Positions 28,001-37,482 of a DNA stretch of 64,000 nt are shown piece by piece. Every line of letters starts with the position of its first letter. The first letter of the stretch is position 1. The notes under the pieces are model-generated. The model was not told the origin of the DNA and did no database searches. It worked only from the letters and a program-made list of their open reading frames with translations. The DNA is from Lingula anatina (taxonomy: Eukaryota > Animalia > Brachiopoda). A program made the translations under genes and the position numbers. Location of the stretch: positions 45,920,788-45,984,787 of the forward strand of contig CM120640.1 of NCBI GenBank assembly GCA_051362555.1, written 5' to 3'.

Positions 28001-29828
28001 CTTTACAAGTCCTATCTTAATCGTCCATCTAACTGGAACATCCTTTACCTCTTAATTGGAGGGTTAAGTGGCCTTCAACTCTTCTGTTGTCATGAGAGTA
28101 ACGAATGCACTATCGCTGACGATATTTATCTCAGGTAAAATCTACCTGTGAGTTATTTTCAAAGAGCAGCTCCCGTAGACCTGGGGGCACTAGATAAAAT
28201 CTGGACACCAGGTTTAATAAGGAGCTACAGAAACAAAAGAATAATTTTTCCTGCAAAGCTTCAAAGAATTTCACACGGACTTGATCCAGCTAAGCCCTCC
28301 AAACTAACAGGATGGCATGGGCAATTTTCACAAATAAATAATTAAACTTAGATGTTTCAGAGCTCTATTGTGTCATATAATTGGTTGTTTTTGGGAGCCA
28401 CGCACCCGCATGAAAGCTGGATGAAACCGCATATAAGTTCAACTCAGAGGAGGATCCAGGATTATTCGAAGAGGGGAGGGGGGTCCGCTGATGCGAAGTT
28501 AGCCTCCTTTTAAATGAATATACCGTTCTGGGTAAATAAAAATATTGAAACTTTATTAAATCGCGAGTACATTTTTGACTTAAATGATGATTTTATCATA
28601 AATGGAAATTAAGCTACGATGTGTGGTACATATGCTGTGATTACGCTGTCCTTCATCTGTTGCGTTAGTCTATTTTGCTGTACATTTTGCTGTACATGCT
28701 GGGTATTTAAAAAATCTGTGCGTACAATTTTTAAAGGTCTGGTTACGCCCCTGCACTCTAGAGTAGGAATCTTTCTTTTGTCATCAGGTGGCCAGATGAT
28801 ATGGGGGTATTATTGTTTCTTTGTAATCTGGTTGATTTTTTAAAGTTGTCCAGCATGAATGCAGCTTTAGAAATCAATGTACTTTAGGATATAATTTTGA
28901 TTAAAATTTCCCATGTACAACAAACTTTTGAGAATTTGAGAAAACATGCTTAAAAACTGGAATGTTAGCTTGAAATGCAGGCACATAATTGGTTAATGCT
29001 ATTGCACGCATGCTCTGGGTAGAAGTGCTTCTATTTCTGATATTAACAGTTATAATATCAGAAACCCTGTTCCACTCTCTACAAATCACATTGTAATTTG
29101 AATTAGTAAAGTTCCAAGTTGAAAACTGAAAAATGTCATTTGAATCTAAGTTATATATATTTTTTGCTGTAGCCTGTATGTAGGTTTTGCCATTTTTGAC
29201 TAGATGTTTTTGAAAATGGCTTTACCTTTTTAACAAAACTAAGAAAATTGGTCACTCTCTTTTAATATTTTGTTTCATTATTTTTAGGGGAGAAGCAAAG
29301 GCTCAGTGGGGCCACCATTACCAGATCGCCATTACAGCTATGCCACAGCCCTAGAAGCTGAAAGGGGAAAGATGGGTGGACGACCTCTGCCACAAAAACC
29401 TCCAGAGGAGGCCTATTTAAGATTGATTCAGGACCAGGTAAAAGGGAAAGTTTCATATAGAGGATTTATCTGTAAAACTATATATTTCAGTAGGATTTAC
29501 CTTTTGAGTTTAACTGCAATGCAACACATAATAAGCATTGTGCTACCGATTTTTCTTTTATAGAAAAAAATCACTGTTCCATATACATTGCATCAAACTA
29601 ATGAAATATAAAAGATGATATCATGATTTATTCTCATGAGGAGATCATATAAAAATATACCATGCTGCTTTGCTGAAATAAACCCATATTCAAAAAATGT
29701 CTGTTGGAATTGGTTTGGAAGTGGATGGAGATCATGTTTTAAATTTGGTTTTGCAGGAATTGCAACAGCAGGAAACTGGAAGAAAAAGGATGTCCACCAC
29801 TCGGTCCAAGTTGCCCTCACACAAGTAA
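10808..29828 (+). CDS. Unconventional myosin with motor-IQ-short coiled coil-SH2 tail (class XXVIII-like, myosin-III-related motor without a kinase), ~1080 aa
   Basis: Exons 10808-10918, 11852-11917, 13247-13377, 13736-13838 (P-loop [10 protein letters not shown]), 14424-14526 (switch [10 protein letters not shown]), 14883-15039, 15149-15254, 15818-15937, 16381-16489, 16943-17059, 17340-17440 (switch [10 protein letters not shown]), 17626-17712, 17978-18043, 18807-18923, 19183-19294, 19558-19631, 19800-19856, 20233-20352 ([10 protein letters not shown]), 20910-20995, 21341-21436, 22114-22205, 22406-22561 ([12 protein letters not shown]), 22845-22948, 23265-23467 (WFHGIITR), 23846-23935 (FLVRVGES), 24215-24332, 24591-24638, 25112-25201, 25827-25907, 29288-29437, 29757-29828. 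Total 3243 nt, with phases consistent and no internal stop. Confidence 0.93.
13006..13054. repeat. (CA)n microsatellite
   Basis: About 24 CA units in myosin intron 2. Confidence 0.97.
21521..21670. mobile_element. MITE-like inverted-repeat element
   Basis: ATAGTTAAACAGTTTTCATTTATGCTGGATCCACATATT pairs with AATATGTGGATCTGTCATAAGTGAAAACTGTTTCACTAT (~39-bp arms). Confidence 0.75.
25693..25704 (+). CDS. Candidate 12-nt myosin microexon (KHYQ)
   Basis: ..tatacacAG|AAACATTACCAG|GTacag in a phase-0 intron; frame-preserving and flanked by GCATG motifs. Confidence 0.45.
26891..26944 (+). CDS. Candidate alternative exon of myosin tail ([17 protein letters not shown])
   Basis: Acceptor ttttatttgatctttttgcaaataacAG followed by purine-rich sequence. 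In phase 0 it shares GRKRM with the distal terminal exon. Confidence 0.35.
   Translation, partial: TRRMYHGRKRMEKREVV
27778..28753. mobile_element. Non-autonomous hAT-like element with 5-bp TSD (hAT5-like)
   Basis: TIRs CATGGGCGTAAC...GTTACGCCCCTG, an internal repeated CTGTGCGTACAATTT near both ends, and a flanking direct repeat CACTC (27773-27777 and 28754-28758). Confidence 0.7.
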
Positions 29829-31239
29829 CAGGATGGTGATTATTATGATCTTGTACCACCTTGGACTAATCAAACTTGAAGCAGACATTATGCAATGACT
29901 ATTATAGTTATTATATACATAAAGTATAAACTGCATATTTTACACAAATGCATTTTCAAAAAGTCATGAAGGGAGGTGATTTTTTCAGCATAAATGAAGG
30001 TTAGATTAAGCAAGAAGTATGTTAACAGTTACATGGCAATTATGCTTAGATGTTGTGAGAAAGGTAGTTTGTTTTTCACCTCAGTATCAATCAGAAAATG
30101 ATGAAAATCAAGTGAGTATTAAAGGATTTATTTATTCCAGACAGTAAGTGGAATATTATTACAAGTTACAAGTTCCATACTGTGTAATTTTTTACATTCA
30201 AGAATGTCAAGTATTTCTAGATTTCCTCTTCTGAACTTAAAATAAAAAAAAAAACATTTATAACATATAAATTGGACTGCCCTGCCATTTTACAGGTGCA
30301 TAGTATTGTTTACGGGGAAATCTGTTTATGCAACAAGTATTCTAAAATAGTTGTGATATTTTACATGGTTTTATCATAATATTCAGTGAACAGAACATTT
30401 TAAATAATCTGACTAATGCTTATATCTTATTTATGATTCTTATAATAGAAAATATTTTTTCTTTTGATAAATTAGGCCAGAAAAGTTTACCCAGGGTCAT
30501 AACATAAGTTATATTCCCTCATGTGGCCTGGTCCCAGGAAAGTAGTAGAGGGGGGGTTGTGAGAGGGGAGGTTAACTTCATAGCTTTAAGCCTGTTGTGT
30601 TCAGATTTTAGTCATAATAACAAATTTAGACGTTAAAAAGTATCTTTATCTGTGATACTTTTTGTTACCAAACATCTGGCAGATTGTCAGGGTATTATGG
30701 TATTATTATGGTATTATTCCACATAATTTTTATTGGTTTAATTGCCAGTTGAAATCTGGACAACTATTTTTCTACATCAGTCAAGTGACCACATCTTGAG
30801 ATTCATTCTTTGTGTCTTTTTAAAGTACATGCTATTTTTGTTTTAAGAGTAGAATAAAGAATAATATATATATGTAATGTGTTGTTAAAGAGCTGTCAAT
30901 TTTTTTTTTATACTTGTGCATTTCCTTACCACTTACTTTTTAAAAATTCTATTTAAAATGTGGAAATTTCTTTCACTTTCTGTATTCTTTTATTATTAAT
31001 ATTTATTTATTTGCAAAAGAGCAGCAGAAACAGCTTGTATATAAGGGTACTGTCAGGGATAGCCAAGATACTCCTTATTTTCCTCATATTTACGCTTTTG
31101 ATAAAAACAGACATATGGCGACAGTATCTTTCATTCCCAACAATACAAAAGCAACAATTGCTAAGTGCAGCCAAATGAGCATAAGATCTATGTCGTCCCC
31201 TCCCTCTCTGAATCTCTCACTCGCACGCATGCTTTGTTC

Positions 31240-31352
31240 TTCCGTACGTCACATTACGTGGGGTTTCTGTGTGACGTAAAATTTATTTACGTATACGTAA
31301 CCATTCGCTTATCTGTGACGTATGTTGCAAAGACAGCAACCGTAGCAACCAG
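31240..31352 (+). promoter_or_regulatory. Putative promoter of orphan gene: cluster of CRE/bZIP half sites plus RFX-like half sites
   Basis: Six ACGT cores (TACGTCA, TTACGTG, TGACGTA, TTACGTA, TACGTAA, TGACGTA) within ~80 bp of an otherwise CpG-poor region, then GTTGC..AGCAAC and GTAGCAAC just before the ATG at 31358. Confidence 0.5.
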
Positions 31353-31357
31353 ACTCG

Positions 31358-33754
31358 ATGGCTTGTTGCATACCTGTGAATTTTCGCATTCGCGAAAGAT
31401 TTTTAGCAGCCTCGGCTTATATTCAGTCAAGGTTACGAAGGCGTCGCCGATCACTACAGGCACCCATAAGAAACATGAATAATCCATCCACTATAGTAGA
31501 AAGTTTCGAGAAAGAAGAAACCCTAAGTGAAGAGATTGTTCCAAATAAGAAAAACGGGAAGGTATTTGATGTTGTACCGATTTTATTACGCTTATTTATA
31601 AAATGCACATTGGAATTTGATTTATGCCTTCAATTAAACACGTGAACGCCAGTTAATAGTATGTTTAAAATATAAGCACAATAAATTATATAAACAAAAT
31701 TAAATTATGAGAATTAAAACTTGAAACCACCGATACGATAAAACTTTAAATTTTTTACTATCAATCCCTTCATACTAGTAAATTTTGTAAAATGCGTAAA
31801 GCAGGATGGTAGCCTAACAGTAGTTCATTGTGTTCCGTTCTCTTTCTTATTCAGTCAAAATAGCTGTTTTCCAATAGATGGAAACTAATTAAGTGTCACC
31901 ATATGTCAGTCCAATATTCTCTATAAGTAATTAACACGTATATTAAAATTGAAGATCAACGAATAGTTACACAAAGTAAATAACAAATGACGTTATTTCT
32001 CATAAAGCAAAATTATTTAATTAGTTGTGAATACCATATTTGTGAAACAAAATTTAAAATTAGTTCTGGAATCACAATGTGGAAAGGTTCTACAACACGT
32101 TTTTTTTTTTCACAGCAATAAATGCTATTTTTCAGGGTCGCAGAAAACGAGAAAAGATATTAGAAGATGAAGCAAAACAACAGCTAAAGAATTTTAGAAG
32201 AGATAAATCCAAACAAATGAGGTAATCTGACCTGTATTTCGTTACATAGTTCATTAGAAACCACACCCACCATGTACATCAACTGGCAAATAATAACATA
32301 TTCTTTCAGCACACCATTGGATGAGAACATGAGTGCATCTCGTGGAAATCCTGAATTACGATTGGTGTCTAACGAAAATGCAATGGATGAACTGGAAAGC
32401 GAGCAAGCTGGACGGTAATATACTTCTCCATCTTCGTTCTTGTTGTGTGGAAAAACATGTTCCTGAAAATGCCATGAATCAAAACAAATTGATTTTTCCC
32501 AAGAGTTTTGCATGCGATGTCGAAATGTACTAAAAACAAACCATGTTCTTAAGGTTTGTTATGTATATCCTTATTTCAGTAGTTTTTCTTCTTGGTGAAT
32601 CTGCTTTGTTTATTGAAGTACCAGCATTCAAGTCAAATAAATCTTTCCATGAGTCATGTATGCAATGTTGAAATATACAAAGGACAACATTTATTTACGT
32701 TTGTATCATTATTTCAGTCGGAAAAAGAACCAACTCATTTCTTTGAGAAACATACCTCTTGAAAGAAATGGCAGCCATAATAAATTGGTAAGTTTTGAAT
32801 CTTGTGTTATTCTTTTTTACCTAAAATCGGATCAAGTAGAATAGAATTTAGTAATAATTACGACAAAATATTAATTCATCTTCAATTTTCATTTGCATCA
32901 GAAGAATATTAATCTAAATTAGGAAGGTTAGAAGATAGATACTCCGTAAGAATAGATACTTGTTGCACTTAACTGTTGCATTCAAGGTCTTTTGAATTTA
33001 TTTTACCAAGAGTATTAAATTATATGAAATCAATATATTTAATTGCAGACCATCAAAAGTCCAACGACAAAATCTACGAACTGCGCCAATATCACAGAAC
33101 CTTATATGCCCAAAAGTAGCGACAGTCTTCCTAGTCTGAACCCAGAAAGTCCAGTCAAACTAGGTCCCACTTCAGAGAGAACAGTCTATACTTTCAAGGA
33201 AGTGGAATTCAGATTAACCAAAAAAACATCCAAGGAAGATTTCAACTTCAAATCAGTGTCTCCTGGTCCCTTAGAGAGAAGCTCCTCTTCCACCGTAAGC
33301 CAAACTAGCTACGAATACAGTGCATCCGACACTCCCAGGGTAGCTACAGTATCCACTACTAAGTCTGCTTATATGGAACCAGGGATATGGTATAAGCCAC
33401 CTCCCCATAAGGGTCTTCGTCCAAAGGAGCGGGAACCACCATGTGCTAAGACCCAGGCGGCGCTGAAGGGAAAATACTGCAAGTGCCCAACGTATCTCAG
33501 GCAGTGGATTCCCTCCATCGCCTGCCAGTACGAGCTGGCCAGAAATGCCGCACTGAAAGAGGCAGCTGAGCAAGGTGTTATATTGTATTTATTGTAAATA
33601 TATGTGTCTTTCCTGGTTTGCTTTAAATCATACGTTAAAAATAATATTTTTTAAAAGAATAAATTGAATCATTCATTGATAGATTTAATCACACGTATTA
33701 TGATAATCCGCATTTTCTCTAGGGAGCGTCGAGGAAGAGGAGAGACCTTGCTAA
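31358..33754 (+). CDS. Uncharacterised 6-exon protein, ~340 aa, largely low-complexity/disordered
   Basis: Exons 31358-31561, 32136-32221, 32310-32414, 32718-32787, 33049-33574 and 33723-33754 with GT-AG sites. Phases 0/2/2/0/1 join into an open 1023-nt frame MACCIPVNFRIRERFLAASAY...GSVEEEERPC*. No domain recognised. Confidence 0.7.
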
Positions 33755-36700
33755 ACTCGGTACGACTCTCACCCATCCACCGACCGGTTTTCTCACCTTT
33801 GGCCTCTGGAGACGTCCAACTAATGAACTGATTTATGATTTTCAAACTTTCTTAATCTGCACTGGAAAAGGCTCCCATGATTAATTATATTTAGGGTGGT
33901 TAACCCTACGTCATTTTAGCTTAACAAGGAAAGTTTCTGATCTAATGATGTTCCTCTGAAATGATGTTCCTCTGAAAACGCGATTTCACTTATTATCTGA
34001 GTAAATGACCAAATCAGTGATGTTAGCTGGTTTCTTAAATCATTTATTTTGTAAATATGTATAATATTGATCTTAAAAAATGTTTTTTTTTCTTTTCGAT
34101 GTGTAAAGTGTATATGTGTGTAATATTATAATATGTAAAGTTCTGAGCAAGTCAACGTGGGTAAATATACAAATAGAAATATCTCTTGAATTTTTTGCTG
34201 TATTTATCAGTAAGCAATATGGAAAAATTTGTGAAACTAAATTAATTTAGTTCTAGGGTAATTGTTATACTACTTAACTGACGTTTTTGAAAAGATGTAT
34301 AATGGCTGGCGTATAAATGTGGTAGCCACGTAAATATTGTCGTCAATCTGGGCAATGTTTTTGCCACAATTGTTCCTTCTTCTGTTAAGCCGACTAGTTG
34401 CACGCATTGAACGGTGACTACCAACCGCTGTACACAGCAAATTGGCCACCAACGCTAAACACTGGGTCTGTTCCTCAGCTCCCCCCTCCCCGCGCGAGCG
34501 CGCACACACACACCATCAACCCTCTCCATAAAACATGTCGCCCCCACTCCCCTCATACACAAACACAGGTCACATTAAATTTTTCTTTTAGGCCCCTTAT
34601 GGCTTTAATTGGTCCTAACGTTTTCATACCATTATAATAAAAAACACTACACACAACTTTGCTTTAGAAAATGTTATTTTCTCCCCTTTTACATAGCTTA
34701 TACAATCTCAATCCCAATACAACTACCTCAGAGAGCAACGTTACATAGCTGACCCAGGGGTGCAGGTATGGTAGTCCGCTAGAGACTGGTCCGTTCCCCC
34801 ATTGCTTAGTACACATGACACACGTGCCTATTACTGACCCTAATACTCCCAGCTGTCAAACCTAGACCAAGCATAGGGGACTCTAGACATTCGTTTTTAG
34901 GACTACCTTTCCTGTTCCACTGGCATTTACTTGCAAAGCAAAACAAGGAAACCGTGTAGTGTATTAGAATGCAGAAAAAACAACTGCCAGTTAAAACGAA
35001 AAAAATTGACAAAGCAATTTCCCATTAATAATTCAAAAATATCTACACAAGTATAGCAAATTTGTCCAACAATAAGTATATCATATTTACACATAGAAAA
35101 AGATTCAAAAATACTCCATTGATTTGTGCACAGTGAATATGTGAGGGGTGCACCTGTACACATGTGCATTCTATATGCTTTTTACACATCTTACATACAG
35201 TAAAGAACTAGTTCTCCAGGTTACAATTCGTTCTCTTTTGTCCTTTTACATAGTGTCTCTTAAATAAAATTAATACTTGTAAAACATTGCATTGAATCTT
35301 GCACTACCTGAAACATTAGGCAGGTAATGCTGTTACACACCTCCAACCTTTTATATACAGCTACATGCACTCTATTTATGGCCAAAAATATAACTATTGA
35401 CTAGTATATTTGACTTGAGATCAAGTAGTATGGCTGTGGAAGTAAATGAAACTGCATAGTAAACTGTTGCAGTATCCATCTATTAGATCAACTATGCTCT
35501 ATGGATCAAAACATCATCAAATTTTCAAGTTGGGGAACTCTACAAGTATTGAAGATACCTTTTACTCTTTGTACTCCATGTCTTAGATGACAAGTCAGGT
35601 TAGAGGTTTTGTTATTTGGGTCTTAATGTACAGTAATGCTATATGTGACTGAAAATGCACTACTTCTATATACAGTTGCAATGTATCACAATATTGTCTT
35701 TTAGCACCACAACACAAATGCCATGCTTGGTAGGCGTTTCCTCTCCCCTTAAACACATTAATACAAAATAACTGGCCTCTCCGTATATTGGTAAGACAAC
35801 AACAAACTATCTCAGAGAGACATTCAGTCTATTCTGCTCTCCCTTTTAATGTTTAAGAAAATTTTCATCAGTGTACTCGATGCCTCACTCCAGCTAAAAT
35901 ATTATTGACATTAGAAAAAATACTTCCTCCTTAATCAAATTCATGATGAATTGGCATGAATAAGTGTTATAATGTTAATCCATTGTAAAAATACATAAGC
36001 AAGAATGACCTTAGATTTTAGCAGGTATATTACTTTCACATTGTAAAAAAGAAAAAAAAAATGAAAACAACAACAACAACAAAAAGATAAATGAATGAAT
36101 GGATTACTGATAATCTGTAATACGGAGACAAATCCAGCTATTCTCTTAAATAAGATATATTTTCTATTTTGTTCTTAAAAAGGAATTTTCTGCCTCCAAA
36201 TTCAGGGATGTTGTGGAACGCACTCACTGTGCAAATCAAAATCTAACTGTAGAAGCAATCACTCACAAACTTAAACAAATCACGTAACAAAGACAAACCA
36301 CATCAGGCATTAGCTATGGAATTCTGACAATTCAATCAAAAATTGCTGGCAACACTACAACTAGGTCACACAAAAGAGACAGAGTACAGTTTAAGGTACA
36401 CCAGGCCAATGTTTCTGTATGAGGAATGCTGTAAGAGATTTCAACTGCCATCTTGTCTTGATATGTCATTCAAAAAAGTACATAAGCATTTTTGTAGTCT
36501 AGTGAAGTCATAACTGAATCACTAAATGATTAAGTCAGAATGTAATGTGAAGTTTTTTCATTTTGTGGTATGTTCAGGTTATCATACAAAAAGAAGTGCT
36601 TAAGCCCTTAGCTGTTGAATTGATGTAAAAACGGCAGATAAGATACATCAGCCCTTCAGTTGAAGTTCCTGTATCCATAATGTCCAATGTACACCATACC

Positions 36701-37482
36701 TATATTCATAAGAAAATATCACTTTGTACATTTACACAGGCATGTCAACTCATTAGAAATCTCCTTTTCACCTCTTAGTTCCCACGCCAATGTAGTAATG
36801 GAGACCCACCCTACCAATACTGACACATTTTAAGAGAAATCTTCTTTTTGACAATTTGTTGTCATCTGTTACATAATATATTAATTTGAAAGAAACTCTC
36901 AAAACTGCCTTTTCATCATGTGCATTCTAACCAGGTGTCATGTCCTGAGATGGGTCTTTCACATCCTATCAATAGTTATCATATACTAGTTTTAAATTTT
37001 TACTCCCCCCCCCCCCCCCCCTTGCAATATTTTTAGTTGCTCACCAAAATATATACTCTCTAAAGTAACTAACTGTAGCAAAATTCAATTTTCATTTCCC
37101 AGTTCAATACCAGGTCTTTTTTCGGACATTAAGTGAAATCTCACTTTCAGTTTCCAGCTTTTCCCTGTTAAAGCAACTTAAATCCCTGCATTTATTCTAG
37201 AAAAGCAATGATGAAAGTCCTTCCTCTTTTTCCCCTCTGCCATCCGGCAATCTGGCCATTAAAAATTATTGAAGTTTCCAGGCATTTTAAACTAAGTCAA
37301 GGCTGTGACATAATCAGAATAAAATCTTTTCACAGCAGGGAATCCCTGCTCCATCTCCAATCTCCAGTTCTGAAGTATTGAAATTTCCCTTTGATAATTC
37401 TATTCCATGAATCCCTAAGTTTTTTCCTCAACTTATCAGACAGCAGGCCTCCATTTCTTCAACGTTGGTGGACTGGTTAAGA

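Noticed and set aside
33271-33573. 100-aa minus-strand ORF
   Set aside because: Antisense shadow of the orphan gene's exon 5; similar shadows occur at 2800-3021, 9016-9207 and 40746-40973.
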